Source: a virus. From it: a DNA stretch of 64,000 bases. Each line of letters opens with the position of its first letter. Position 1 is the first letter of the stretch. Position numbers and translations under genes: made by a program. Location of the stretch: positions 9,131 through 73,130 of the IMG/VR virus record IMGVR_UViG_3300025732_000035; one strand, 5' to 3'. This document shows positions 17,593 through 28,865 of this stretch, one piece after another. The notes under the pieces are model-generated. The model was not told the DNA's origin. It ran no database searches and worked only from the letters and a program-made list of their open reading frames with translations.

Positions 17593-20500
17593 TTAATCAA
17601 TGCGGTACAAAGACTGATCAAAGCGCACAATCCAAGAAAGCGTTTGTCCTCCAATTTCTTCGCATGGATGCTCAATAGCTCTTACGGTAATTTCGCCTTC
17701 TTCTTCCATTGTCACTTCTGTCACGCGGAAAACACGCTTTGTTGTCACTGCATTGCCCAAGACAAATAGCCATCCTTCATAAGGAGCGAATGATGCTGAT
17801 TGACTGTCTGTCACTGACACTGAAAGTTTGACAATTCCTTCTTTGGGACTGCCACTATACAAAAGCGCCGTATAAGAGCCGTTAATTGGATCTTCTGCCA
17901 ATGGAGTATTGAGCTTACCGTCTGCCTCGACAATGCCACTACGGAAATCATCCCATTGATTCTGATCGGTTTGAACATAAATGTAGCTGCCAGGCTCAAT
18001 AGGGCTTTCAGTGGGGAATGTTTTAAACTCCACTGCTCGCCTTGAAAGCCTTCGCTGCTGACATAAAAGCATCCCATAATGCAAGGCTTGCGTTCTATTC
18101 GTAACAAAATCAGAGAGATTAAATGTTTGGCGAATACTTAAAGCTTCATTGGCATCAACAAGTGCAATTGTTACACTTGTATTACTAGGGAACACGTCAT
18201 CATTTTGAGTGTCCCGGTAGAGAATGGTGGCAATTAAATCTTGCGTGTTATCGCCATAATCAAGAAATTCTTCTTTGTAACTATCTTCAAGGATATTACC
18301 TTGATTAAACAATGCGGAAATAGAAACATTCCTTGTCACTTTCCCAAAAACATCGTATGGCACCGCAGGAACAAGTGTTTCCTTCCCTCCAATGCGAGCA
18401 AATTCAAGAAGAGAATACGGCGCAACTGTACTCCAAAATTCTCGCCATGACTGCGGCTCTGCAATTACACCGTCCATGTAATAATTGTTTTCTCGGCAAA
18501 ATTTTTGCGCAATGCCAAGTCGTACTTTATCAATGCCATTAATATTTGCATAAGAACCAATGCCATTTGTTGCATCAAGAATAGTATCAAGAAAAATTTC
18601 TGGAGCAAAGCTGGTTGAAGATACAATGTCTTCTGAAATGTCACCATTATCAGCAAGTTTTTTAACCTTCTTTCCTTTTGACACCCAAGCACTAAGGGAG
18701 CGCAAATCTTGCACGCCCTGTCCGCTATAAATATTCAAGCCAAGCATTGCCAAGTCTTGATAAATGGTGGGAGGAAGTGCTTCACGTCGCTGCTCTGTTA
18801 CGGCCGTTAATGTGTGCTCAGGTCCGCTATCAAAAGAAAAAGCAATTTGAGTGTCAGAACGCAATGAAAATAGTCCCCATTCGTCAACAAATTGTGGCGT
18901 GCGATTTAGTTTTGGACGCAAGCGAACAGTTTTGCGAATGATTCCACGAAAAACCAATTGATGACCGCTTCCAATGTTTATAGTTTTTTGTCTATCATTT
19001 AAGCCGTAGCCAAATGTACGAAGATAAAGAATGTCAATTTGTTGCCCATCATTATGAGTGCGTAGCTCAGCAGGAAGATCGACAATGGGCTCAAATTTAA
19101 ATTGCCATTTCTCTTTTGATGCAGCCCAAAAACGGAGATGAGTGTAAATATCCACTTCTTTTCCATTGCGAATGGCTAGTACATATGGAATCCTTGTAAA
19201 GCGCTCATCTTCAGGCTTTTTATAGTGCATCCAGAATAGAGACGTGCGATTGCGTACACCATTATCACTGTCTTTGTGACCCTGCATGTCCTCTTCTGCA
19301 TATTTACTTTGTCTTCCCTGTATACGTTGAAATACCTTGCTCTTAAAACAAAAATTTACAATGTCGCAATTGGTGACAGCTTCATATTCAATTTCATTGA
19401 TTTTGGCAATACATTTAGTATTAAAATAATCATTCCAGTTGTCTTTATTTTTTAATTCTATTTTTGTCTCGTTCAACTCTCGTTCTGCTTCGTCATAATC
19501 CCTTTGCCATTGCCTTTGCGCTTCTGTTTCTGCCGGGATGTCTCGCTGATCCCTGATAAGCTCATCAATCTGTCGCCGAATCGTGCGACGCTCATCGCGC
19601 ATAGCACGTAGCTCAGTTTTTAAATCAGTTCTTGGTGATTCATCAAATAAGCCTTCTTCAATGGCTCGTGGCATAAGCCTACGAACAAGATCATTAATTT
19701 GTTTGCGACTTTCTTTTTTAGCCGTGGTTTGATTGCGAATAGATTCTCTTTTATCTCCGCGTCTTTCCCTGAGGCGTTTAATCCTGTCTCGTTGATTATC
19801 GGTAAAAGGCCTTTCTGCTAGTAAATCTTGAATAGCAGAGTTAATGTCTTCTAGCTCTTCACGGCGGGCGTCAATAATCCTGTTGCGCTCTCTAATGTCA
19901 TCTTCCAAGCTGTTAATTTGTCTATTTACATCTTGGAAGGCGCCTGTCTCATCTAAAAGATCTCTAAAATCTTTAGACGATAAATCTCCTTTTCTAATTG
20001 CCGATGCTTTTAAAATATTTTCGTCTAACTCTGCCAGTCTCTGGGCATACTGGTTAATTTGATCAGCAGTTGCACCTTTAATTTTATTACCAAAAGCTTC
20101 GCCTTTAATTGAAAGCAAGTAAATGATGCGATTTTCTAATTCTTTTTTCTTTGCTTTTAATTCCTCGCCATTTTCTTGATAATTTAAAGTTTTGTAATCT
20201 TCTTCACATAACACCCCCGGCTCTATACATTTAAAAGTAAATTGACCTTCAATGTCAACATCGTCCTTAATATTACTAGAAATCATCTTTAACTTAGCGG
20301 CGCCAAGTTTATATAAACTAGCTGAATCAAAAACAGTAATATAAGAACTACGCAAATCAACGGCAGCCCTTTCTACGTCTTCGTCAACGCGTTTGCCATC
20401 TTCTTCGTTGAAAACAATTGTCAACCTTTCTCCTTTTGGCAATGCAGGGCGTACTTCCACGACGGGCCAGCTTTGTGGCCAGTATTGTCCTCTGTCTGTC

Positions 20501-21309
20501 ATTGTAATTCCAAGCTTATCGCGATCTTCCCTGCCTTCGTCATCCCTGTCTTCTACTTGCACATTAATAGGCACCACGTCATATACACCTAATGAAGCGG
20601 CAGTGGTTGGAGAAAAAGCTTGGCTAAATCCTTCTGGCCTTTTAATCCCAGCAGTGTTTGTCTTATAAACACCGTCGGAAGGCGTAATACCTTCTCGTGA
20701 CGGGTCATCTTCATTTAGTGGTTTTGGGTATTGGTTGTCAAGAAAACGAAGAGGCCCGCCTTCTGGTTTAGCATAAAGCCATAGGCGTTGATCTGGAATA
20801 TCTCTTAATGGTATCTGTCCAAAGGCAGTGCGTCTATAATCAAGCTCTTCAATGGGGCCAGCGCCAATTACTGAAAGCATTTGCATGAACTGGCTAGACC
20901 CAAGACTATGCACAGCCGACCATACCAGCGAAGTGTTAACTCTTACGCCGCCAGCAGGATTTTGCGAATCATTGGTATAAACAAGATTAACTGGATCGCC
21001 GTAACGCGCCACTTCCTGGAAAGAATTGAAGCCATAGCGAGGCGCAAAGAAAAGATTTCGGGACTGGCGTCCCATTCTTTGTTGCGCGTCCGGCCTGGGA
21101 GCGAGAAGTGCCGCTGCCACTTGGGCGATTGTTCCGACAATAGAAAGCACCAGCGCAATGGTGCTGATCGGTTCATTTCTAATGTCAAGGATAGTGCCCT
21201 GTTTAGGATCCCGATAATTTAATCGCGCCAAATAAAACTGCCAATATTCTTCCTCTGAAATTTGCAGAGCATCGATCAGGGCTTTTTCGTAAGGAAGAAG
21301 CTTGCGCAT
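17593..21309 (-). CDS. Tail tip / host-specificity protein (lambda J-like)
   Basis: Follows Dit, L-like and NlpC genes; ARYGDPVNLVY, FRVTEVT..GEITVRAIEH. Confidence 0.8.
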   Translation of the reverse strand: MRKLLPYEKALIDALQISEEEYWQFYLARLNYRDPKQGTILDIRNEPISTIALVLSIVGTIAQVAAALLAPRPDAQQRMGRQSRNLFFAPRYGFNSFQEVARYGDPVNLVYTNDSQNPAGGVRVNTSLVWSAVHSLGSSQFMQMLSVIGAGPIEELDYRRTAFGQIPLRDIPDQRLWLYAKPEGGPLRFLDNQYPKPLNEDDPSREGITPSDGVYKTNTAGIKRPEGFSQAFSPTTAASLGVYDVVPINVQVEDRDDEGREDRDKLGITMTDRGQYWPQSWPVVEVRPALPKGERLTIVFNEEDGKRVDEDVERAAVDLRSSYITVFDSASLYKLGAAKLKMISSNIKDDVDIEGQFTFKCIEPGVLCEEDYKTLNYQENGEELKAKKKELENRIIYLLSIKGEAFGNKIKGATADQINQYAQRLAELDENILKASAIRKGDLSSKDFRDLLDETGAFQDVNRQINSLEDDIRERNRIIDARREELEDINSAIQDLLAERPFTDNQRDRIKRLRERRGDKRESIRNQTTAKKESRKQINDLVRRLMPRAIEEGLFDESPRTDLKTELRAMRDERRTIRRQIDELIRDQRDIPAETEAQRQWQRDYDEAERELNETKIELKNKDNWNDYFNTKCIAKINEIEYEAVTNCDIVNFCFKSKVFQRIQGRQSKYAEEDMQGHKDSDNGVRNRTSLFWMHYKKPEDERFTRIPYVLAIRNGKEVDIYTHLRFWAASKEKWQFKFEPIVDLPAELRTHNDGQQIDILYLRTFGYGLNDRQKTINIGSGHQLVFRGIIRKTVRLRPKLNRTPQFVDEWGLFSLRSDTQIAFSFDSGPEHTLTAVTEQRREALPPTIYQDLAMLGLNIYSGQGVQDLRSLSAWVSKGKKVKKLADNGDISEDIVSSTSFAPEIFLDTILDATNGIGSYANINGIDKVRLGIAQKFCRENNYYMDGVIAEPQSWREFWSTVAPYSLLEFARIGGKETLVPAVPYDVFGKVTRNVSISALFNQGNILEDSYKEEFLDYGDNTQDLIATILYRDTQNDDVFPSNTSVTIALVDANEALSIRQTFNLSDFVTNRTQALHYGMLLCQQRRLSRRAVEFKTFPTESPIEPGSYIYVQTDQNQWDDFRSGIVEADGKLNTPLAEDPINGSYTALLYSGSPKEGIVKLSVSVTDSQSASFAPYEGWLFVLGNAVTTKRVFRVTEVTMEEEGEITVRAIEHPCEEIGGQTLSWIVRFDQSLYRID

Positions 21310-21311
21310 TG

Positions 21312-21689
21312 CTATCTCGGTCTGAACCAATATGCGTACGATAATACGCTTTCATCGCATTCAATGCTAACGCTTCTTCCTTTGGGAGCTATGCAAAAAG
21401 CTCGCCCATCCACAACCGTAATTAATGCTGCTTTCTCAATACACATGCCAACGTCACCATTTTGCAGTGAGTCAATGGGCAAGCAATTATCCTTCAGCCA
21501 TCGAAGTAATAGTCGAGCAGAAAAACTGTCTTCGTTATATTTTTTATACGCCCATGCAAAAGCTGGAGCGTAATCTTTCAATCCAAGCCTGCGCCTAATA
21601 GTGCAGCAAAGTTGAAAACAATCAGACTTGCCATTGCCATCATCTGGACTTGCGCCCCATTCATATTGCAAGCCAATTAAATCATTCAT
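21312..21689 (-). CDS. NlpC/P60-like tail assembly protein
   Basis: IGLQYEWGA..DCFQL motif; position in the tail operon. Confidence 0.7.
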   Translation of the reverse strand: MNDLIGLQYEWGASPDDGNGKSDCFQLCCTIRRRLGLKDYAPAFAWAYKKYNEDSFSARLLLRWLKDNCLPIDSLQNGDVGMCIEKAALITVVDGRAFCIAPKGRSVSIECDESVLSYAYWFRPR

Positions 21690-22201
21690 CGCAGGCTAAT
21701 TTCCGCGTTCAATGGTAAGAACCCAACATTCTTGGACGAGAACGTTTGCCTTGGAAAAGATGCACCCACACTATCCATTGCACTCCTAAAGCGCAGTTCT
21801 ACAGTCGTATCATCAAAGGAAGCGCCAACACCCACATAGAATTCTTCGTATTCAGCAGTTTTTGTATAGCTACTGTAATCAGTGATAGAACCAGTGGTTG
21901 CCATCCATACTGTCTTTAGGGAAAGCTTGCTAAGGCGATTGCCTTCTCCATTTTCAACAAGTGCAATGGTAAAAGCACTATGGGGAAATAAAACGCGCAA
22001 TAAACTGTTTTCTCCATTTAATGAAGACAACGCTCCCTCCACGCGAAACGGAGCATGACGATAAACGGGAGATGCCGACCCTGGTACTGATACTGCAGTA
22101 AAATCCTTGCCAAAGAAATAATTCTGATAATAGTGCGATTGCTTGTTAGCCGTTTCAATAAAAAGAAAATGAGCGATGTGAACAGAGGTTTCCATGATCA
22201 A
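21686..22201 (-). CDS. Minor tail protein (lambda L-like position)
   Basis: Synteny; VELRFRSAMDSV..FPR. Confidence 0.6.
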   Translation of the reverse strand: MIMETSVHIAHFLFIETANKQSHYYQNYFFGKDFTAVSVPGSASPVYRHAPFRVEGALSSLNGENSLLRVLFPHSAFTIALVENGEGNRLSKLSLKTVWMATTGSITDYSSYTKTAEYEEFYVGVGASFDDTTVELRFRSAMDSVGASFPRQTFSSKNVGFLPLNAEISLR

Positions 22202-22593
22202 ACGCCAGAATAATCAAGCTCGCCAATCAAGCGCACTGTAACAGTACTGCGTCCATTGAACACGCTTTCTACTTGCGGAGGCTCAGCATATTCCCAGAGG
22301 CCATTTGTTGGCGCTTGCACAACACTTTTTAGCGTTGTGCTCATGCCAGAAAACACATCATCGGGAAGCGTGAAGCGAGCATAGCTGCCAAACTGGCCAT
22401 AGTAATGATCAAGAATGGCTTTCGTATTAGCGTCAGAAATATTTTCAAACTGAAGATCAATGGCATGACCAAATGACCGATTGCCAAACACTCGCTTGAC
22501 GGTTGCTCCTGAAAGTCCACGATAAACCTTCGTGGGAAATTGTCCTGGAGAATAAGAACGTCCAGTTGGCCTAATAGAAGGAAATATTGCCAT
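22198..22593 (-). CDS. Distal tail protein
   Basis: Directly downstream of the tape measure gene; FPSIRPT, WEYAEPPQV. Confidence 0.65.
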   Translation of the reverse strand: MAIFPSIRPTGRSYSPGQFPTKVYRGLSGATVKRVFGNRSFGHAIDLQFENISDANTKAILDHYYGQFGSYARFTLPDDVFSGMSTTLKSVVQAPTNGLWEYAEPPQVESVFNGRSTVTVRLIGELDYSGV

Positions 22594-25500
22594 TAGCGGA
22601 TACCAATGCTAGAGCGAGTGGAGGGGCTTTGCTTAATCTTATCAAGCGTCATTGACATGCCTCGTTGAGCACCACCTGCAATGGAAGCACGGCGAGTTTC
22701 TGCCATTGCTTGCTCTAACTGTTCCCGGCTAACGTATTCTACGCCATTAATCTTAGTCGTTTCAAACTTCATGCTCAGAGAAGGTGCTTGAGGCATGCCT
22801 GGGGCGCCATTGCCCATGAGGTCACGGGCAGAACGTCCGCCAAGCTGCACGGGAATGGAACGACCGTCTGGGAGTGGGACAACGGCTTCGTTGTACTTGC
22901 CTTCGCCCATTAGGCCAAGAGTTGGACCGCCCACAACTCCTCCATTGGCGAATGCCCTAAAACCTCCCCTGGCAATGCCACCATTGGCAAAGACTGCACC
23001 TAGTTTTGGCGCAAAAGGTGCAGCCCCAAGCGCATCTGCAGTGCCGTTGAAAGAAGAGCTGGTTCCGAATTGACCAACAGATCCGCCTCCAAACATGCCG
23101 CTAAATCCACCAAGAAGACTCCCAGCCATAGAGGCAATCATGCCAATGCCGCCAAGCACGTTAGATGTGCCTCCTTCTTTGATTTGATTAATACCAGCCA
23201 TGATGCCCATGATGCTGCCAGCAGCCATGCCAATGCCGCCAACAACACCAGCAAGACTTTGTTGCCAAGTTTTACCAGCAGCACCATTTGGTCCCATTTC
23301 TTCACCGGCGGCGCCTACTGTCATTGCGCTATTCCAAACTGAAGCGTCCACTTGCCCTAATTGTTCTGCGTAAGCATTGGCGCTTTCAGTGAGGGAGCCA
23401 AGCTCTGGCATCTGAAGCGCATTTCCGCTAGCGTAATCCAAGGAGAACATGCCACCAGACTGAGACGCATATGGTCCGGCACCTGTTGCGGCACCTCCGG
23501 CCCCAGTCATCGCAGCAGTATTGGCCTTAATCGCTTCTGTGTTGAGCTTGGTTTCTGCAGTGTTCTTATCTTGAGCCTCAATAGGAGTAGTTGAAGGCTT
23601 CGTTCCTTCAGGCATATTTTCAATCGCGCCTTTCGGGAAGAATTTTTCAATGGCAAACTTAGAAAGTCCCTCTTTGAAGAATTTTTCCACTGGAGCCATG
23701 GCAAAATCAAGGAAAATGGTCAGCGTGCGATCCTTGAGGGCTTCTTGGAATTTCTTAAGAGATTCCACTGCGTCTTCGCCACTAATGACTTCTTTGAGGA
23801 AGCCTTTGTAGTCGGAAGAAGTGTCAGTCACAAAGCTATCAATGGTCTCGCGGACAGCTTTAATGTTGTCGCGAACTTTCTCAAGATCGTAAATGAGATT
23901 TAACTGCTCCGCCGTAGCGTCTTTGTTTTCTTGGGCAATCCTAAGTCTTTTCTGTTCTTCTTCGCTAATCGCTCTCAATAAGGATAGTTGATCTCGGAGA
24001 CCTTTAATTGTCTGTTCTATCTGCAATGCACGCGCCGCTTTAATTCGCTCCAGTGTTACTTCTTTTAGGTTCTCAATTTCGGTTTCAATAAGCTTTTGCT
24101 GTTTAGTCTTCAACTCTCTAATTTTATCTTCAATAATAAAATTAGCTTCTTGCTCGACAGTAAGACCATCGTAACCATTTCTTAAATTACCTAAAAGTAC
24201 CATTTGTTTTTTAATTTCAATATTCTCATCCCTGATGCCTTCCTTGAACGGACGAGCCAACTTAAGTTTGGCACCTTTTATAGATGTCTGATATTCTTCT
24301 TCGACCAGTTGTCTTTCGTTTTCTGCCAATTGTTCAAATACTGCTAACTGCTTTGCGCGAATGGAGGCTTCATAGTCGCCAATTCCTGCTTTTTTGTCGG
24401 CTAATGCTTGATCAATGACCAATAGTTCAAATTTTCGTTTATTTGATGCAGAAGCAATTTCATATTCTGTTTCGTCAATAATTTCTAATTGTCGCTGTTG
24501 TTCTAATTTTGCTTGTGCAATTCTTTCATTTACTTTTAACTGCTCAATTGCTTCACTTTGAAAATCACGCAATTGCCGTTCTCTTTTGCTCTTATCCGTA
24601 TCTTGACCAGCAGATAAATCAATAGGGCCTGGCTTAAGTTGCGCGTCAAGGCGGTTTTGTTCTTGTTGTGCTTTTGATCTTTGACCAGCAAGAATAGCCT
24701 GCATTTTTCTTCTCTCATCTCTATTCTTGTTAATTGCATCCATCACTTTCGATATGTCTTCCGGGATTACATAATTACCGGCTGGTCCAGTTTGCACATA
24801 TCCTCCGAGGCCGGCCCGTTTCATTGCCTCAGTTGTCGCCTTGTCAATGCGAGCACTTTCATATGGACGAGATTCTGGATTTATGTCTGCTTTGCTCATT
24901 GCCTTAGCAATTTTTTCGTAAGTATTTGCTTGTTCTAATAGGCTTTTATTTAAACGATCAATTCCCGCAACATTTCCACTTTCCCCCATTAGACGAGCTT
25001 GGTCTCCAATATTTTTGTATCTTCCAGCGATATCATCCATCACTCCCCGAAGACGAACAAATTCTGATACAGCAAAAGTAACAGCAGTTGCAATTGCTCC
25101 AACGACAGTTGTAAGCATTGCAGTTCTAACGACAGAGGCAAATGCTGTAACAGCGCCACCAGTAGCGGCTAGTCCGCTTGATAAAAGCCTTAATTGCAAT
25201 TGAGTGCCAGCCAATGTGCTGTTGGTTGCAATTGTGGCCATATTTAATGCGGTCATTCGGCCAATAGTTTGAACTAATGATACAATTAAGCCCGCTAATA
25301 TCCTGCCCCCAAGCAACGTAAACGCTCCATTGAGAAGCAAAATGGTCGTGTAAACTTGGGCAAACACTCCAACTATAGGTAAAGACAATATTTGTAAAAA
25401 GCCCTTTAAGACAGGCGCTAAAGCGTTTGCGACGCCTTTTATAGCCTGACCCGCCATTTGCATATTTTGCCAAATGCCTTGCAGCGATGGAATGATAGAT

Positions 25501-28358
25501 TGCATGCTTGCAGCAAGCTGAGATCCACCTTCAGTGACGGCTTCTTGTTTAGATATTAATGAATTAAAAGCATCAGTAACAATGCGCACACCATTAGTAA
25601 TTGGCAAAATAAACTTATTGGCAAACAAAATTGCTGCAGGTTCAAATGTTTCATAAAAAAGTTGAACTGTTGTTTGAAGCCTGTTCATTACGCCTTGGAA
25701 TGTACTTGCAGCACCAACAGCGCCTTTGCCAAACTCATCTTTCATCGTGGCGCCAACATTAACAAGCAATTGCTTCATTGCATCACCTTTAAACGCGCCA
25801 TCTTCCATCGCTTGACTAAAGTCCTGCACGCTCATTTTTGCGGCTTTTGCAAATAATGCGAGCGCGCCAGGGAGAACATCTCCAAGTTGACTTTTAAGCT
25901 CTTCACTCATAACTTGCCCCTTGCTTGCCATTTGAGCAAAAGCATACATAACACGATCAACCTTGTCTGCGCTCATTCCAAATGTAGCCGCGCCCATTGA
26001 AATGCCTTCAAAAATGCCACGAATTTCTTGTCCCGAAAAACCCGCTGGCTTCATTGACGCATACAATTTTGTAAATCCATCTCTTGCCGATTGAAGAGGA
26101 ATATTATATTGATCGACTAAAGATAGTATGTATTTATTTGAAGTTGAAAACTCTTGCGCGGATGGCGTAATAGCGTCAAGAGTGTTGCGAAAATTTTGGA
26201 GTTGACTTACTGCGTTTGCCACCTGCGATGGGAAGTCTTGAATAAACGCTAAAAGCTTATATGCTTGACCAAACAGAAGCACTTGTTTTGTTGCAAATGC
26301 AAATTCACTGCCAAGTTCTTTGATGGTGCCAGCACCAGGAAGATTTCCAAAACCTCCCATCGCACGCCCGAAGCCTCCCATTCCTCCAGTGCCGCCAAAT
26401 CGGCCTCCTCCGCCACTAGGGGGAATTGCTCCTCCTCCTGTCATTGATGGTTGCGGAACAATAGCGCCACCCGCCGCATAAGGAACAATGGCACTTAATG
26501 AGCGAGCACTTCTATATGTTTGCGAATAAGGAGCAGGGGCGCGTCCAGCGCCACCTCCCATTACATCTATGCCACGCAAGTCAGAACGCATGCGAGCTTC
26601 ACGCTCACGACGAGCCATCATTTCAACTCTCGTTTCACCTCCAATGGCGCCAGTTGCGTATGGGCTCGGAGCGCGACCGACACCAGCGGGAAGCAAGCCA
26701 GCAATATGCTGTCCTTGTAACATTCTTTGCGAAGTCCCAAGATCAGCCACTTGTGCCGGAATAATTCGAGCACGCGATTGCGCCAGTTTGATAGCGCCCT
26801 CGATTTCGCGCATCAACGAAGAAACAGCATCGTCAATTCTTGCGTCCTTCGTTCTCGCCTCCGCGTCTTTTAACGCTTGAACAAGATACGCAAACGCCCC
26901 CATTGCGTCTTTGATGCCAGAAGACGTCTCGCGCACTTCAGTATCAATGACTGTAAATTGACGCTGTAGAATCTCGTCTAAATTCTTGCGAAGCGCCGCA
27001 TAAATGCGTTTTGTATCAACAAGTTGTCCGCCGCCGGAAGGCAATGCTCGTGGACCTTGTTGTGCGATTAAAGCGTCAACAGCGGCCTTAATTTGAGACT
27101 GTACTGACATTGCAGGCAGTAGTCCTGCAGGCGGCCTCGCGCCTCCTATTAGGCCAGCAGCAGACGCGCCAGCAGGCAAAGCCCTGCCAGTTCCCGATGG
27201 TCCAATGGGGATGTTTCTTTGTGGAATGGTTGCGGGGAAATTGACGCCAGGCAAAGCGCGTTGTTGCGCCATTTCACGACGAATAGTCGCCGGATCCATT
27301 CCAAGCATCTGGAATAGTCCCCTAGCAAAAGTATCAAGAACTTTATTTAATCCGCTCCTATCTGGATTCCTCATCATTGCTTGAGGATCAAGATATTTAG
27401 TGATAGCCTCAATGCTTGCTTCTTGAACAAGTTTGTCAATCAATGCAGCCGCTGTATCGCTTTTGTACTTATAAGCGCCCTTCACTCCAACTTGGCTAGC
27501 AATATTTTTTAAGCTTCCAATGCCTTCTCCTGTGATTGCAGTGCGGAATTGCTCGCGTCGCGCAGTCTCCGTAACCCCGCCACCGGCCATTCGCTCAGCG
27601 CCAATGCGAGCGATGTCTTCCATTTTCCTTGCCACTTCGGCTTGGATTTGAGAAGGAGTTTTTGCAATGTCAACTTCAGCTTTTATCTTAATTGCAATGT
27701 TGCCCAGTTTCTCATTGACTACTTTTTTGAATTCAGAAACATCAGCATTATTGATTGACGCTTTTATGCTCGTGGGAATACGAAGCTTTCCGCCTCCCTG
27801 TTTGATTTTCTGATCGGATTGAATACGTGCTTGAATGGCATCTAGTACACTTCTCGCCTCTTTACCAGTGGCGCCATTCTTGATTCCAATGGTAACTTGC
27901 GCCTGTCTAGAAAGTTCCTTAATAAATGCAGCCGTTTTGGGAGTGGCAAGTTTTGTTGGGAGTTGAATTTCGCCCGCCCCGCCGGACACAATATCCCTAT
28001 AAATTTGCGCTCGTATCTTGCGAACTTTTTCTTTGCTGAATTTTTCAACATTAGCTGATGCATTAATACTCAGCTTAATTTTTTCATCTTTAAGCGCTTT
28101 TAAAGTTTTCTGAAAATTAGCGACTTTATCGGTTAGCACATTTAAAGTATTGCTTTCAATTTTTACGTCAAAAGACTTCTTGCCGCCAAGGTAACGACTT
28201 AGCAGTCTGTATTGATCTGCAACGCTTTTTTTATTAAAACGAACGTTAATATCAATCGGCTGTCCCGCAAGAGAGGAAGTGGCCTTTAGCAATTCTTGCT
28301 TGAAGAAATTAAGGTCAAGACCCACCTTGAGGGTCATATCAGCATTTTGACCTGCCAT
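22593..28358 (-). CDS. Tape measure protein
   Basis: 1921 aa; AFAQMASKGQVMSEELKSQLGD domain; FANGG and GEGKYNEAVVPL near the C-terminus. Confidence 0.95.
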   Translation of the reverse strand: MAGQNADMTLKVGLDLNFFKQELLKATSSLAGQPIDINVRFNKKSVADQYRLLSRYLGGKKSFDVKIESNTLNVLTDKVANFQKTLKALKDEKIKLSINASANVEKFSKEKVRKIRAQIYRDIVSGGAGEIQLPTKLATPKTAAFIKELSRQAQVTIGIKNGATGKEARSVLDAIQARIQSDQKIKQGGGKLRIPTSIKASINNADVSEFKKVVNEKLGNIAIKIKAEVDIAKTPSQIQAEVARKMEDIARIGAERMAGGGVTETARREQFRTAITGEGIGSLKNIASQVGVKGAYKYKSDTAAALIDKLVQEASIEAITKYLDPQAMMRNPDRSGLNKVLDTFARGLFQMLGMDPATIRREMAQQRALPGVNFPATIPQRNIPIGPSGTGRALPAGASAAGLIGGARPPAGLLPAMSVQSQIKAAVDALIAQQGPRALPSGGGQLVDTKRIYAALRKNLDEILQRQFTVIDTEVRETSSGIKDAMGAFAYLVQALKDAEARTKDARIDDAVSSLMREIEGAIKLAQSRARIIPAQVADLGTSQRMLQGQHIAGLLPAGVGRAPSPYATGAIGGETRVEMMARREREARMRSDLRGIDVMGGGAGRAPAPYSQTYRSARSLSAIVPYAAGGAIVPQPSMTGGGAIPPSGGGGRFGGTGGMGGFGRAMGGFGNLPGAGTIKELGSEFAFATKQVLLFGQAYKLLAFIQDFPSQVANAVSQLQNFRNTLDAITPSAQEFSTSNKYILSLVDQYNIPLQSARDGFTKLYASMKPAGFSGQEIRGIFEGISMGAATFGMSADKVDRVMYAFAQMASKGQVMSEELKSQLGDVLPGALALFAKAAKMSVQDFSQAMEDGAFKGDAMKQLLVNVGATMKDEFGKGAVGAASTFQGVMNRLQTTVQLFYETFEPAAILFANKFILPITNGVRIVTDAFNSLISKQEAVTEGGSQLAASMQSIIPSLQGIWQNMQMAGQAIKGVANALAPVLKGFLQILSLPIVGVFAQVYTTILLLNGAFTLLGGRILAGLIVSLVQTIGRMTALNMATIATNSTLAGTQLQLRLLSSGLAATGGAVTAFASVVRTAMLTTVVGAIATAVTFAVSEFVRLRGVMDDIAGRYKNIGDQARLMGESGNVAGIDRLNKSLLEQANTYEKIAKAMSKADINPESRPYESARIDKATTEAMKRAGLGGYVQTGPAGNYVIPEDISKVMDAINKNRDERRKMQAILAGQRSKAQQEQNRLDAQLKPGPIDLSAGQDTDKSKRERQLRDFQSEAIEQLKVNERIAQAKLEQQRQLEIIDETEYEIASASNKRKFELLVIDQALADKKAGIGDYEASIRAKQLAVFEQLAENERQLVEEEYQTSIKGAKLKLARPFKEGIRDENIEIKKQMVLLGNLRNGYDGLTVEQEANFIIEDKIRELKTKQQKLIETEIENLKEVTLERIKAARALQIEQTIKGLRDQLSLLRAISEEEQKRLRIAQENKDATAEQLNLIYDLEKVRDNIKAVRETIDSFVTDTSSDYKGFLKEVISGEDAVESLKKFQEALKDRTLTIFLDFAMAPVEKFFKEGLSKFAIEKFFPKGAIENMPEGTKPSTTPIEAQDKNTAETKLNTEAIKANTAAMTGAGGAATGAGPYASQSGGMFSLDYASGNALQMPELGSLTESANAYAEQLGQVDASVWNSAMTVGAAGEEMGPNGAAGKTWQQSLAGVVGGIGMAAGSIMGIMAGINQIKEGGTSNVLGGIGMIASMAGSLLGGFSGMFGGGSVGQFGTSSSFNGTADALGAAPFAPKLGAVFANGGIARGGFRAFANGGVVGGPTLGLMGEGKYNEAVVPLPDGRSIPVQLGGRSARDLMGNGAPGMPQAPSLSMKFETTKINGVEYVSREQLEQAMAETRRASIAGGAQRGMSMTLDKIKQSPSTRSSIGIR

Positions 28359-28391
28359 CTTCAGCTACTCATTATTGTCTCCATTCTATAA

Positions 28392-28865
28392 TCATTGCTC
28401 TTGATTACGTCCAGCAAAAGCCTTCATCTCATCAGCAAGTAACGCAATAACGCGCCCATCCATCTTTCTTGTCTTCATTAAACGCTGCAGAACAATCAAG
28501 CTTGCATCCGTCACGCCATCTTCTTTCTTGATCTGCTTCGTATCAAACGGCAGGAAATCTTCCGGCTTCACCTTACTCTTTCTTCCCGCCATCATTCCTG
28601 CTGCCATTGTGCCAAGCTTGGCTACGGCAACGCTGCTGACATTGTATTTTGCGATGTCATGACGATCAAGATATTTCAGCGCACTCTTAACGTCATCAAG
28701 CCTCTGGAGGCCAAAATTCTTGGCACTCCATCGCTCGTCCTTAAAGTCGGAAGCTGAGAGCCTGAAATAGATTTCGTTCCAATCTGTCAGGCTCTTAAGC
28801 TGCTTTCTGGCTTGTGCTTCAAGCCTTTCTGCTACTGAGGACCATTCCTCTTCGCTGCTTTTTTT
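28392..28865 (-). CDS. Tail assembly chaperone -1 frameshift extension (GT-like)
   Basis: The -1 frame is open from the A AAA AAA site (28859-28865) to the stop at 28392. Confidence 0.8.
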   Translation of the reverse strand, partial: KKSSEEEWSSVAERLEAQARKQLKSLTDWNEIYFRLSASDFKDERWSAKNFGLQRLDDVKSALKYLDRHDIAKYNVSSVAVAKLGTMAAGMMAGRKSKVKPEDFLPFDTKQIKKEDGVTDASLIVLQRLMKTRKMDGRVIALLADEMKAFAGRNQEQ

